The notes: a model not told the origin generated them from the letters alone. Positions 19,749 through 29,536 are shown, numbered from the stretch's first letter. The stretch is 64,000 nucleotides of DNA from Bdellovibrionales bacterium (GCA_040380025.1 JBEIJY010000002.1:96001-160000); one strand, 5' to 3'. Numbers and translations: made by a program.

Positions 19749-19891
19749 AGGTGTCTGAGCTGGAGGTGCTTTGGTGGGTACTCAAAGGCTCGGGCACTTG
19801 ACTGGGGGCCGTTCCACTTTTTGAAACGAAGGAACCAAGACTGAGGTGGTTCCGACGGGTACAGCGAGGTGGTGACGGCTCCTTTTTTTTT
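19749..19891 (+). ncRNA. Candidate structured small RNA (~140 nt)
   Basis: Two long stems with G-U pairs on the + strand (19749-19799; 19804-19883) followed by a T9 run; no convincing ORF; the downstream gene has its own -10. Confidence 0.55.
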
Positions 19892-19907
19892 CGCTAGTCT
19901 CAGATCC

Positions 19908-20345
19908 ATGTCCATTCGAGTCAGCCTGAACCACATCGGGATCGCCACCGAGCGGGGGAATACCCGTCTCGAAACCCTGTTTCGTCTTTTGAATATCCGT
20001 CACGCCGAAAGCGAAGTCGTCGAAGAGCAGGGGGTGAATGTGCACTTTTTCGAGCTTCAGGGGGAGCCGCCTCACTTGGAGCTTCTTGAGGTCATGGATC
20101 CCGAGGGGGCGGTGGCCAAGTTCATCGCCAAGCGCGGGCCGGGGGTGCATCATCTTTCGTTCCAGGTCGAGTCGGGAGGCCTGGACCCCCTGTGCGAGAC
20201 CTTAAAAAAAGAGGGATTCCGCTTCATTTACGATTCTCCGCAGCGCGGAGCCCGGAACATGCGAATCCATTTCATTCATCCTGCCACTGCGGGCGGGGTG
20301 CTCGTCGAACTCATGGAGGCGGCCCATGCCCATCCGGCTCAGTGA
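19908..20345 (+). CDS. mce: Methylmalonyl-CoA epimerase (VOC family)
   Basis: LNHIGIA, LELLE, GPGVHHLSF and FIHP..AGGVLVEL motifs. Confidence 0.85.
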   Translation: MSIRVSLNHIGIATERGNTRLETLFRLLNIRHAESEVVEEQGVNVHFFELQGEPPHLELLEVMDPEGAVAKFIAKRGPGVHHLSFQVESGGLDPLCETLKKEGFRFIYDSPQRGARNMRIHFIHPATAGGVLVELMEAAHAHPAQ

Positions 20346-21039
20346 GACACTAAAGCGTCTTTTGATCGTTTATGTCGTCGTATTCGTGATCCAGCAAACG
20401 ATCGATCAGTTTTTCGGCGGCCATCTGAAGGCCTATCTCGCGCTGATTCCGAACGCGGTTCTGGGCGGGTATGTCTGGCAGATCCTGACCTACGGTTTTC
20501 TTCATGCCGATGTCATGCACCTTCTTTTGAACCTGCTGGTGCTCGCGTTCGTCGGATCCGACATCGAGTCGGTCTGGGGGCGGAGGAAGTTCCTGATTTA
20601 CTACTTCTTTTGTGTTCTTTCGGCCGGATTGTTTTATCTGATCGTGCAGTTCCTGATCTCGAACCCCTTGTACCTGTCGCTTCCCATGTTGGGAGCCTCG
20701 GGGGGGATTTATGGCCTTCTGTACGCCTATGGAGTGCTTTTTCCCGACCGCGAGATGCTTCTCATGATGCTGTTCCCGATCCGGGCGCGGCAGTTTGTCT
20801 GGGTTCTGGCGGGGATCGAGTTTTTGCAGGCGATCTACTCCGGACAGGGCGGACTGGGTGCGATCGCCCATCTTTCGGGCATGGGGGCCGGATTTTTGTA
20901 CCTGTATTTTGAGGCGCGGGGGCTCCGGCTTCCACGGGGTTCGTCGAATCCGTCCGGCCCTGCGAAAAAGAAGAACAGTCATCTCCGGCTCGTGAAAGAC
21001 GAAGACGACCAGACCAAAGGCCCGAAGACCTGGCACTGA
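20326..21039 (+). CDS. Rhomboid family intramembrane serine protease
   Basis: FLHAD..HLLLN, GASGG (catalytic Ser) and AHLSG (catalytic His). Confidence 0.9.
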   Translation: MPIRLSETLKRLLIVYVVVFVIQQTIDQFFGGHLKAYLALIPNAVLGGYVWQILTYGFLHADVMHLLLNLLVLAFVGSDIESVWGRRKFLIYYFFCVLSAGLFYLIVQFLISNPLYLSLPMLGASGGIYGLLYAYGVLFPDREMLLMMLFPIRARQFVWVLAGIEFLQAIYSGQGGLGAIAHLSGMGAGFLYLYFEARGLRLPRGSSNPSGPAKKKNSHLRLVKDEDDQTKGPKTWH

Positions 21040-21080
21040 TCGGTTTTGATCGGTACGGATCGGGGGCCGTCCCCCTTGCG

Positions 21081-21109
21081 TTGACTTATCTGCGGATTTC
21101 CTTTATGTT
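21081..21109 (+). promoter_or_regulatory. sigma70-type promoter (leaderless architecture)
   Basis: TTGACT-N17-TATGTT, ending 8 nt before ATG 21118. Confidence 0.65.
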
Positions 21110-21117
21110 TTGACGCT

Positions 21118-21297
21118 ATGTCATTACTTCACGAAGCCATTTCTGATAAAAAATTCGACGTCCGTGTGCTCGAAAAAAACCTGGTCCGCAATGTCGTCAC
21201 CGACAAAGACGTGAAGTCGTTCGTGGAGCGTCTTCCGGATGATGCCGAGAACGCGACTTTCATCAGCCTCGACGAGATCGCCGAGCAAAAAAAATAA
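21118..21297 (+). CDS. Small hypothetical protein (59 aa), missed by the ORF track
   Basis: MSLLHEAISDKKFDVRVLEKNLVRNVVTDKDVKSFVERLPDDAENATFISLDEIAEQKK*; promoter directly upstream; fills the gap before trxB. Confidence 0.75.
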   Translation: MSLLHEAISDKKFDVRVLEKNLVRNVVTDKDVKSFVERLPDDAENATFISLDEIAEQKK

Positions 21298-21321
21298 TTC
21301 CTCGATTCAGAGGGGGTCATC

Positions 21322-22299
21322 ATGAGTCACGCCGCAATCACGCCGGCCCAGCCTCCGGCAGACGGAATTGAGAACGTTGTCATTTTGGGCACAGGCCCCG
21401 CAGGGTTGACCGCGGCCATCTACGCGGCTCGCGCGAATCTCGCCCCTCTTTGTGTCGAGGGCACTCAGCCCGGCGGACAGCTCACCATCACCACCGATGT
21501 CGAGAACTTCCCCGGATTCCCGAACGGTGTCATGGGACCCGAACTCATGCAGGGCTTTCGTTCCCAAGCAGAGCGTTTCGGCACCCGCTTCAAAACGGGC
21601 GATGTCCAGGCGGTGGATCTAAAGCAACGGCCTTACTCCCTGAGTCTCGCTGATGGCTCAATCGTGAAGACCCGGACCTTGATCATCTCGACTGGTGCAT
21701 CGGCGAAGTTGCTCGGACTGAAGAACGAATCCCGCCTCATGGGGCGCGGAGTTTCGGCATGCGCCACGTGCGACGGATTCTTTTTTCGCAACCAGGACAT
21801 CGCGATCGTGGGCGGTGGCGATACGGCCATGGAAGAGGCGAATTTCCTGACCCGGTTTGCAAAGTCCGTGACGCTCATCCATCGGCGCGATACCTTTCGC
21901 GCCTCGAAGGTCATGCAGGACCGCACCCGCCGGAATCCGAAAATCCGCTTTATTCTCGACACCGCGGTCGAAGACGTCCTGGGCGAGAATGAGGTGACCG
22001 GACTGAAGCTGCGGAATCTGAAGACGGGCGAAGCGAGCGAGCTTCCCGTGACCGGATTCTTCGTGGCCATCGGGCACCAACCGAACACCAAGCTCTTCCA
22101 GGACCAGCTCGAGATGAACGATGCCGGATATCTCGTGATTCAGGCCGGAACGACGAAGACGCGCATTCCCGGCGTTTTTGCTGCGGGCGACGTGGCCGAC
22201 CCTGTGTATCGGCAGGCGGTCACCGCGGCAGGTACGGGTTGCATGGCCGCGATCGATGCCGAACGGTATCTCGAGAGCGAACACTCGGGCTCCCACTAG
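21322..22299 (+). CDS. trxB: Thioredoxin-disulfide reductase
   Basis: GTGPAG, GGQL, CATCDG, GGGDTA and FAAGDV motifs. Confidence 0.96.
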   Translation: MSHAAITPAQPPADGIENVVILGTGPAGLTAAIYAARANLAPLCVEGTQPGGQLTITTDVENFPGFPNGVMGPELMQGFRSQAERFGTRFKTGDVQAVDLKQRPYSLSLADGSIVKTRTLIISTGASAKLLGLKNESRLMGRGVSACATCDGFFFRNQDIAIVGGGDTAMEEANFLTRFAKSVTLIHRRDTFRASKVMQDRTRRNPKIRFILDTAVEDVLGENEVTGLKLRNLKTGEASELPVTGFFVAIGHQPNTKLFQDQLEMNDAGYLVIQAGTTKTRIPGVFAAGDVADPVYRQAVTAAGTGCMAAIDAERYLESEHSGSH

Positions 22300-22323
22300 G
22301 CGGGATTCTCTCAAGGAGGGGCA

Positions 22324-23571
22324 GTGAGCTCAACGCGTCTCAAGCTGTCGCTCGAAATCGCACTCCGCTTCCTCGTTTCGAAAAGTCGCGGGAATTTTCT
22401 CTCTTTCATTTCTTTGGTTTCGATCTCAGGCGTCTGCATCGGCGTTCTGGCCCTTCTCGTGGTGACCAGTGTGGTGAACGGCTTTGAGAACGAGCTCACG
22501 CGCGTGATCTCCGGCACGCAAGGCGATGTGCTTTTTTACACCCGTGGCGCTCCGATCCGGGACCGGAAGGATCTCGAGCGCAAGATCCGCGAGCTTTCCC
22601 CGCAAGCGGGTTCCATCACCGGCTCGTTCGTGAGCGAGGTGATGTTCCACGGTCCCGAAGGCGTTGCCGGCGGGGTTCTTGAGGGAGTGGATCTTCCGAC
22701 CTGGCCCTCGGTCATCGAAATCAAAAGCAGGATCCAAGGCGAGGGCGCATTGCCCGAAAAGGACGAAGAGATTCTTCTCGGCTCCGCCCTGGCCGAGCGC
22801 CTGGGCGTGAAAATCGGGGATTCGATCCGCGTGATTCTTCCGTTTTCGAGCATGGACGAGGACGAGAGCGGAGCGGGAACCCCGAAGGTCCAGGATTTCA
22901 GGCTGGTCGGGATCGTGCACCTCGGAATGTATGATTACGATTCGAAGTATGCGTACGCGCCTCTTCCCTCGGTTCAGCGGTTGGTCTACGGCGAGGATCG
23001 CGATTTCATCACGACCTTCCGAATGAGGCTCGAGGAACCCTCGATGGCGGCGTCCGTGGCGCAAGGGCTTTCCGGGCATTTCGGTTACCCGTACCGGGTG
23101 CGCGACTGGAGCCAGCTGAATCGCAATCTTCTTTATGCGATCCGGCTCGAAAAGGCCGTGATCGCCGTTCTGCTCACGGCGATCATGGTGGTGGCGGCCT
23201 TCAATGTGATCAGTGCGCTCCTGATGATGGTCCACGAAAAAGAAAAAGAGATCGCAATTCTCCGGGTGCTCGGAGTCCGCATGCGGGATCAGTTCTATCT
23301 GTTTTCGCTGATCGGTTCTTTTTTGGGCCTTGCGGGGACGGTTTTGGGAACCGTGCTCGGGCTGATCGCGACCTGGGTTCTGCGAAGCTCGCAGTTCATC
23401 CGGCTGCCGGCCGAGGTGTATCACCTCGAATACCTCCCGGTGATCATCCGCTGGACGGAGTGGTGCGCGATCGGCGTGCTCGCGTTCTTGATTTGTTTTT
23501 TGGCAACCGTGGGACCTGCTGCGCGGATCGCGCGCAGGAGCCCTGTCGAGGGACTGAGATGGACAACGTGA
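22324..23571 (+). CDS. lolE: Lipoprotein-releasing ABC transporter permease (LolC/E)
   Basis: IALRFL, SVVNGFE, VAAFNVIS.L.M.V.EK..EIAILR and A...PVEGLR motifs. Confidence 0.9.
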   Translation: MSSTRLKLSLEIALRFLVSKSRGNFLSFISLVSISGVCIGVLALLVVTSVVNGFENELTRVISGTQGDVLFYTRGAPIRDRKDLERKIRELSPQAGSITGSFVSEVMFHGPEGVAGGVLEGVDLPTWPSVIEIKSRIQGEGALPEKDEEILLGSALAERLGVKIGDSIRVILPFSSMDEDESGAGTPKVQDFRLVGIVHLGMYDYDSKYAYAPLPSVQRLVYGEDRDFITTFRMRLEEPSMAASVAQGLSGHFGYPYRVRDWSQLNRNLLYAIRLEKAVIAVLLTAIMVVAAFNVISALLMMVHEKEKEIAILRVLGVRMRDQFYLFSLIGSFLGLAGTVLGTVLGLIATWVLRSSQFIRLPAEVYHLEYLPVIIRWTEWCAIGVLAFLICFLATVGPAARIARRSPVEGLRWTT

Positions 23572-24245
23572 TTCTAAGGGCCCGCGGCCTCTATCGGGAG
23601 TTCAAGAAAGAAAAAGAGCGCATTCCGGTGGTGAAGGGCGTCTCGCTCGATCTCGCCGCCGGAGACTGCGTTGCCATCATGGGCTCCTCGGGAGCGGGCA
23701 AGTCCACGCTCCTGCACATGCTGGGAACCCTTGACCGTCCGACGAGCGGGGAGCTTGCGTTCGCTCCTTTGTTTTCGGATGTGTGGAAGCTGTCCGATGA
23801 GGCGCTCTCGGATTTCCGGAACCGGAACATCGGGTTTGTGTTTCAGTTCCATTATCTTCTGCCCGAGTTCACGGCGCTCGAGAATGTCATGATGCCCGCC
23901 TTGATTTCGGGAATGGCCCGTCCCGAGGCCGAGACGAGGGCCCGGGGGCTTTTGGAGTTCGTGGGGCTCGGAAGCCGGCTCGAGCACAAGCCGGGCGAGC
24001 TCTCGGGCGGGGAACAGCAGCGGGTGGCGATCGCGCGAGCGGTGATTTTGAAGCCCAGAATCCTCCTGGGCGATGAGATGACCGGGAATCTCGACTCCGA
24101 GAACAGCAAGAAGGTCATCGATCTGCTGCTCGACCTGAACCGGCAGTTCGGGATCGCGATTCTGATCGTGACCCACGATCCCGAGGTCGCGGCCCGGATG
24201 AAGCGGGTGATCACGATGAAAGATGGAAAAATCACCAGTTCGTGA
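23559..24245 (+). CDS. lolD: Lipoprotein-releasing ABC transporter ATP-binding protein
   Basis: GSSGAGKST, GFVFQFHYLLPEF and LSGGEQQR motifs. Confidence 0.92.
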   Translation: MDNVILRARGLYREFKKEKERIPVVKGVSLDLAAGDCVAIMGSSGAGKSTLLHMLGTLDRPTSGELAFAPLFSDVWKLSDEALSDFRNRNIGFVFQFHYLLPEFTALENVMMPALISGMARPEAETRARGLLEFVGLGSRLEHKPGELSGGEQQRVAIARAVILKPRILLGDEMTGNLDSENSKKVIDLLLDLNRQFGIAILIVTHDPEVAARMKRVITMKDGKITSS

Positions 24246-24260
24246 TACGAAGTAGGTCCC

Positions 24261-26606
24261 GTGAAATTCGTGATCCTGGCTCTTGCATCCTGCTTGTTTC
24301 TCGCGTCCGCCCGGGCCGCCACGATCACCGAGGTCCAGACCGCGGGGCTCCGGCGCATCGAGCGCGATGCCGTGCTCGAGAAAATCCTCTCCAAAAAGGG
24401 TGTTGAGTACGATTCCGACCGCATCCGATCCGACATCGAGGCCCTTTATGGCATGGGGTATTTTGACGACATCTCGATTCATCGGGAGGACTCCCCCGAA
24501 GGCGGCGTCGTTCTGAAGTACGAATTCGTCGAGCGGCCCGTGATCAACGAGATTCTTTTCGAGGGGAACGAAAAGATCTCCACCTCCGATCTCGAGGAGG
24601 CGATCAAGGTCAAGCGCTGGTCGATCCTCGACACGAGCAAAGTCCAGGCGGACATCGAGATCCTTCAAAAGCAGTACGAAGAAAAAGGCTATTTCCTCGC
24701 CCGGATCACCCATGAGGTGAGGCCCGATGTCGAGGGAGAGGTCAAGCTCGTGTACCGGGTCTCGGACTACGACAAGGTCGAGATCAAGCGGATCAACATC
24801 CTGAACAACAAGCGCTTCAGCACTTCAAAGCTGAAGTCCCTTTTCGCCGAAACCAAAGAGGGAGATTCGGCGAGCCTGCTTTCGAGCGGGGGATCCTTCA
24901 AGGAATCGGCGTTCAAGGTCGATCTCCAGCGCCTGATGTATTTTTACTTCGACAACGGCTATCTCAAGTTCCGGCATGAGAATCCCGTGGTCACCGTGAG
25001 CGAAGACAAGCGCCACGTGTTCATCTCGCTCTGGGTCGATGAAGGCGAGCAGTACTCGGTTGGGTCGTATGACTTCAGCGGCGATCTTCTTTTTCCGAAA
25101 GATGAGCTCAAAAAAGAGATCAGTCTCCTGGAAGGCCAGATCTTCACGATTACGGGGCGCAATGCCGACATCCAGAGGCTGACCGAGAAATATCAGGATC
25201 TCGGGTACGCCTTTGTGAACGTGGTTCCCCGGATGGAGTTCGATGACCAGAAGAAAACCATCGCCGTCGATTATTCTTTCGAAAAAGGAAGCCTGGTTCA
25301 TTTTGGCGAGATCCGGATCGTCGGCAACACCAAGACCTACGACAAGGTGATCCGTCGCGAGCTTCGGATTTATGAGGGCGAGCTGTACAGCGGGTCCAAG
25401 CTCAGAATTTCAAAGGAGCGGGTGGAGCGCCTCGGGTTTTTTGCGCCGGGCGAGGTGCAGTTCAATCAGATTCCGCGAAAAGGGCGCGATGATGTCGTCG
25501 ACATCGAGATCCAGATCAAGGAACGCTCGACCGGAAGCGTGACTCTCGGGGCCGGATACAGCTCCGTGCAGGGCTTCTTTTTTCAGGGAAGGATCCAGGA
25601 AATCAACCTCTTCGGCCGTGGTCAGAACCTGAGCTTCGAGACGCAGTGGGGGCGCACCCAGCTCGTCCGGAGCTTCTCGCTTTCGTTTCTTGATCCGTAC
25701 GCCTTCGATACCCTTTGGAGTGCGGGCTTTGACATCTTCATGGCGAACTCGCCGATCCCGGACCGCTACCTGATCCGTCGCTCGGGGTTCAATCTCAGGA
25801 CGGGGTATCCGCTCACCGATGACATTCAAGGGTTCATCACCTACAAGTTCGAGCATCTGGGAGTCCTGATCAACGATGCCGACAGCCGGAATCAGCAGCG
25901 GCTCCTTCCGGGCGCAAACACTTCGCTCCCCGTACTGAAGGCCGATGAAACTCTCGACAGAGGCATTCTCTCGAGCCTGGTCTTCAGCGTGGTCCGTGAT
26001 CGCCGGAATAACCGCTTCGAAACCACCAGCGGCAATTATCAGAACGCCTCGTTCGAGATCGCCGGTCTCGGCGGGGTGAAGGATTTTGCGAAGCTCATTT
26101 TGAACAATCGCTTTTATTCGAATTTCATCGGGAATTTTGTTTTCAAGAACAACACCGAGTTCGGCGCCTTGTTCAATACCGGCGGACGGGGGATTCCTCC
26201 TGCCGAGAAGTTCTTCCTCGGGGGGCCGTGGAATTTGCGCGGCTTTGATGCGTTCTCGATCTCGCCGACCAGTGGCACGGGAACAGCGGACGATCCGATC
26301 GAGAAACTCGGCGGGGTCTCGCAATTCTTCTCGATGTTCGAGCTGGAGCATCCGATCGTGAAGGAGGCGGGAATCAAAGGAGTCCTTTTTTACGACGTCG
26401 GAAGCTCTTTTGCGGGCGTTCCTGTCATCGATTCTGGTCGAAACTACAATCTCCGGCAGGACTGGGGATTCGGAATCCGCTGGTTTTCGCCCCTCGGACC
26501 TCTGCGATTTGAATGGGGTTTTCCGATCGGACGGCAGATCATCGCCACCCGGGGCCAGATCGAGGCAAGCCCCTCATTCATTTTCTTTATCGGACAACCC
26601 TTTTAG
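24261..26606 (+). CDS. bamA: Outer membrane protein assembly factor BamA
   Basis: POTRA repeats (VIRRELR, RLGFF), LRGF loop, SPLGPLRF and terminal F. Confidence 0.95.
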   Translation: MKFVILALASCLFLASARAATITEVQTAGLRRIERDAVLEKILSKKGVEYDSDRIRSDIEALYGMGYFDDISIHREDSPEGGVVLKYEFVERPVINEILFEGNEKISTSDLEEAIKVKRWSILDTSKVQADIEILQKQYEEKGYFLARITHEVRPDVEGEVKLVYRVSDYDKVEIKRINILNNKRFSTSKLKSLFAETKEGDSASLLSSGGSFKESAFKVDLQRLMYFYFDNGYLKFRHENPVVTVSEDKRHVFISLWVDEGEQYSVGSYDFSGDLLFPKDELKKEISLLEGQIFTITGRNADIQRLTEKYQDLGYAFVNVVPRMEFDDQKKTIAVDYSFEKGSLVHFGEIRIVGNTKTYDKVIRRELRIYEGELYSGSKLRISKERVERLGFFAPGEVQFNQIPRKGRDDVVDIEIQIKERSTGSVTLGAGYSSVQGFFFQGRIQEINLFGRGQNLSFETQWGRTQLVRSFSLSFLDPYAFDTLWSAGFDIFMANSPIPDRYLIRRSGFNLRTGYPLTDDIQGFITYKFEHLGVLINDADSRNQQRLLPGANTSLPVLKADETLDRGILSSLVFSVVRDRRNNRFETTSGNYQNASFEIAGLGGVKDFAKLILNNRFYSNFIGNFVFKNNTEFGALFNTGGRGIPPAEKFFLGGPWNLRGFDAFSISPTSGTGTADDPIEKLGGVSQFFSMFELEHPIVKEAGIKGVLFYDVGSSFAGVPVIDSGRNYNLRQDWGFGIRWFSPLGPLRFEWGFPIGRQIIATRGQIEASPSFIFFIGQPF

Positions 26607-26621
26607 GTTAAGCTCCCCCTC

Positions 26622-27131
26622 ATGAACAAAACAGCCACGATCGGTTTTATTCTGTGCAGTCTGGTCCTCAACTCCGCCATCGCCCGTGCCGACGGAGACC
26701 TGAAAGTCGGGATCATCGACATGCAGAAATGCATTCAAAGTTCGGATTCCGGAAAGAAAGCGAAGGCCGAGCTCGAAGCAGCCTTCAACAAAAAGAAAAA
26801 AGAACTTCAAGAGCAGGAACAGGCTTTTAAGACCGCAGAAGAAGCGTTTCAAAAGAAGCAGGGCGCTTTGAGCGAGACCGCCCGGAAGGAACAACAAGAA
26901 AAGCTCCGGGAGAAGTTCATGAAGTATCAGGAGAACCTGCAGCGATCCCAGGCCGAGATTCAAAAAAAGGAGCAGGACATGAGCGCTCCCATCATCCAGA
27001 AGGTGCGCGAGAAGGTGACCGAAATCGCGAAGAAACGCGGCCTCGGCATCGTGCTCGAGAAGAACGAGAACATCGTCATTCATTCCGAGGACCGCTACGA
27101 CATCACCGATGAGGTCATGAAGGCTCTTTGA
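26622..27131 (+). CDS. skp: OmpH/Skp periplasmic chaperone
   Basis: KVGIIDMQ, coiled coil, DITDEV; located after bamA. Confidence 0.9.
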   Translation: MNKTATIGFILCSLVLNSAIARADGDLKVGIIDMQKCIQSSDSGKKAKAELEAAFNKKKKELQEQEQAFKTAEEAFQKKQGALSETARKEQQEKLREKFMKYQENLQRSQAEIQKKEQDMSAPIIQKVREKVTEIAKKRGLGIVLEKNENIVIHSEDRYDITDEVMKAL

Positions 27132-28216
27132 TGGTCTCGATCGAGCAGGTTGCAGACTGGTGCGGGGGACGGATTGCGAACTCCGCTGAGGGGGCGATTT
27201 CCTCGCTGGCAGGGTCGCTTCGCCTGCGACGGATCGCACCTCTTGAGAAGGCCGGACCCGAGGATCTTGCGTTCTTTTTTTCAAAAAACTACCAAGAGGC
27301 CCTGAAGCAGACCCGCGCCGGGGCGATCGTGACGGGCGATGCGTTCGTCGCTCCTCTGGCCGGATCGGGACTTCCCCAGTGGAAGACTTCCGTATTTTTG
27401 TCGTGCCCGCAGCCTTATCTGGCGATGGCACTCATCACCCGCGAATTTTCGAAACTTCTTTCGGCCCATGATCATCAGCAAAAAAGAGCCGCAAGCGAGA
27501 TCCACCCGAGCGCGGTGATCGATCCTTCGGCACGGCTCGGCGAGCGGGTCAAAGTGGGTCCTCATGTGGTCATCGAGGCCGGCGCCGTGGTGGGCAATGA
27601 TGTCACCCTGTATCCCTCGGTGTATCTCGGCCCGGATACGCGAGTGGGCGATGAGACCGTGCTCTTCCCGCGAGTTTCGCTGTATCAGGCAAGCGAGGTC
27701 GGCAAGAGGTGCCGCCTCCACGCCGGAGCAGTGATCGGAGCCGACGGGTTCGGGTACGCGCAAAAAACCGACCCAGCAAGCAAGCTCCCGGTCGATCACC
27801 TGAAGATTTACCATCTCGGCCGCGTTGTGATCGGCGACGATGTTGAGATCGGTGCGAATTCGACGATCGATCGCGGCACTTTCGGCGACACGATCATCGG
27901 CGACAAGGTCAAGATCGACAACCAGGTCCAGATCGGACACAACGTGGTGCTCGAAGAGGGCGCGGTTCTTTGCGGCGCCTCCGGAGTCGCGGGAAGTTCA
28001 ACGGTCGGACGATTCACCATGATCGGAGCACAGGCGGGTCTCGGCAACGGAGTCAAAGTCGGGGCGTACTCGACGCTCGCAGGGTATACCGGTGTGACCA
28101 AGGATTATCCCGATCATTCCGCTCTTGCGGGAGTTCCCGCGCGGCCGCAAAGCGAGCAGTTCCGGATCCTGGCGCTCCAACAAAAGCTTCTGAAAGAACG
28201 AGGACGAAAAAAATGA
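27128..28216 (+). CDS. lpxD: UDP-3-O-(3-hydroxyacyl)glucosamine N-acyltransferase
   Basis: Hexapeptide repeats, IGADGFGY, EIGANSTIDRG and KIDNQVQIGHN. Confidence 0.95.
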   Translation: MMVSIEQVADWCGGRIANSAEGAISSLAGSLRLRRIAPLEKAGPEDLAFFFSKNYQEALKQTRAGAIVTGDAFVAPLAGSGLPQWKTSVFLSCPQPYLAMALITREFSKLLSAHDHQQKRAASEIHPSAVIDPSARLGERVKVGPHVVIEAGAVVGNDVTLYPSVYLGPDTRVGDETVLFPRVSLYQASEVGKRCRLHAGAVIGADGFGYAQKTDPASKLPVDHLKIYHLGRVVIGDDVEIGANSTIDRGTFGDTIIGDKVKIDNQVQIGHNVVLEEGAVLCGASGVAGSSTVGRFTMIGAQAGLGNGVKVGAYSTLAGYTGVTKDYPDHSALAGVPARPQSEQFRILALQQKLLKERGRKK

Positions 28217-28743
28217 ACGAGCCCGCTCCGTACCAACTGGATATCCGGAAGATCCAGGAATTTCTTCCTCATCGGTATCCGTTCTTGATGGTCGACCGGA
28301 TTCTGGACATCACCGGGCCCGGCCCCTTGGACAGTGACGAGTCCAAGACCAAAATCGGCATCAAGGTCCGGGGCGTGAAGAACGTCACCATGAATGAGCC
28401 GTATTTCACGGGACACTTTCCCGACCTTCCGATCATGCCCGGGGTGCAGATCATCGAGGCCATGGCCCAGGTGGCGAGCTTTTCGATTTATCCGACCTAC
28501 ATGAAGCGCAAAGCCGAATTCGACGACGGGTTTCAGTGCTTTCTCGTGGGAGTCGACAACGCGCGCTTCCGCGCGCCCGTCACTCCGGGAGATGTTCTCG
28601 TGGTCGAAACCGAAGTGACCATGAGTCGCTCCACCATGTGGGGGTTCCATGTTCGCGGTACCGTCGACGGCAAACTCGTGGCCGAGGCCGATCTTCTCGC
28701 TAACATCCTGATGAGCCGCAAGGGCTCGAAAACAGTCCGATAA
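28213..28743 (+). CDS. fabZ: 3-hydroxyacyl-ACP dehydratase
   Basis: LPHRYPFLMVD and GHFP..PIMPGVQIIEAMAQ motifs. Confidence 0.95.
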   Translation: MNEPAPYQLDIRKIQEFLPHRYPFLMVDRILDITGPGPLDSDESKTKIGIKVRGVKNVTMNEPYFTGHFPDLPIMPGVQIIEAMAQVASFSIYPTYMKRKAEFDDGFQCFLVGVDNARFRAPVTPGDVLVVETEVTMSRSTMWGFHVRGTVDGKLVAEADLLANILMSRKGSKTVR

Positions 28744-28756
28744 AAGGAGTTTCATC

Positions 28757-29536
28757 ATGGCGAACATCCATTCGACTGCGATTGTCCATGCCCGTGCAGA
28801 GCTTGCCGCCACGGTCGAGGTAGGACCCTACTGTGTGATCGGCCCGAATGTGAAGGTCGACGAGGGGACTTGTTTTCAGAGCCATGTTGTCGTCGATGGT
28901 TGGACGACGATCGGCAAGAACAATGTGTTCTTTCCGTTCGGCTCGATCGGAGCCGTGCCGCAGGACCTGAAGTACAAGGGCGAAAAAACCGAGCTGATCA
29001 TCGGGGACCACAACACGATCCGCGAGAGCGTCACTTTGAATCTCGGGACCGTGCAGGGAATCGGAAAGACCGTGATCGGAAATCACAACCTGATCATGGC
29101 CTATGTGCATTTCGGTCATGATGTCGTGCTCGGAAACCACGCCATCATCGCGAACTCGGTCAATCTTGCGGGGCACTCCGTGATCGAAGACCATGTGAAC
29201 GTCGGCGGCATGACCGGGGTTGTGCAGTTCTGCCGGATCGGGGCGCACTCCTATGTCGGGGGTTGTTCGGTGATCGATCGGGACGTGACTCCCTTCACCA
29301 TCGTCATCGGCTCACGGCCCGTCGAGCTGAAGGGTGCCAACATCATCGGCCTTCGCCGGCGTGGATTCAGCAATGCCACGATCTCGGCGATCAGTGAATC
29401 CCTGAAGCTCTGGAAGCGTGCGGATGTCATGAGGGACCAGTGCCTGCTCGAGATCGAGAGCCAGTATGGCGAGGTTCCCGAGGTGCGGGAACTCGTGCAG
29501 TTCATCCGGAAGAGCGAGCACGGTTGCGTGAGATGA
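28757..29536 (+). CDS. lpxA: Acyl-ACP--UDP-N-acetylglucosamine O-acyltransferase
   Basis: Hexapeptide repeats, PQDLKY, HFGHD and GLRRRGF. Confidence 0.95.
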   Translation: MANIHSTAIVHARAELAATVEVGPYCVIGPNVKVDEGTCFQSHVVVDGWTTIGKNNVFFPFGSIGAVPQDLKYKGEKTELIIGDHNTIRESVTLNLGTVQGIGKTVIGNHNLIMAYVHFGHDVVLGNHAIIANSVNLAGHSVIEDHVNVGGMTGVVQFCRIGAHSYVGGCSVIDRDVTPFTIVIGSRPVELKGANIIGLRRRGFSNATISAISESLKLWKRADVMRDQCLLEIESQYGEVPEVRELVQFIRKSEHGCVR

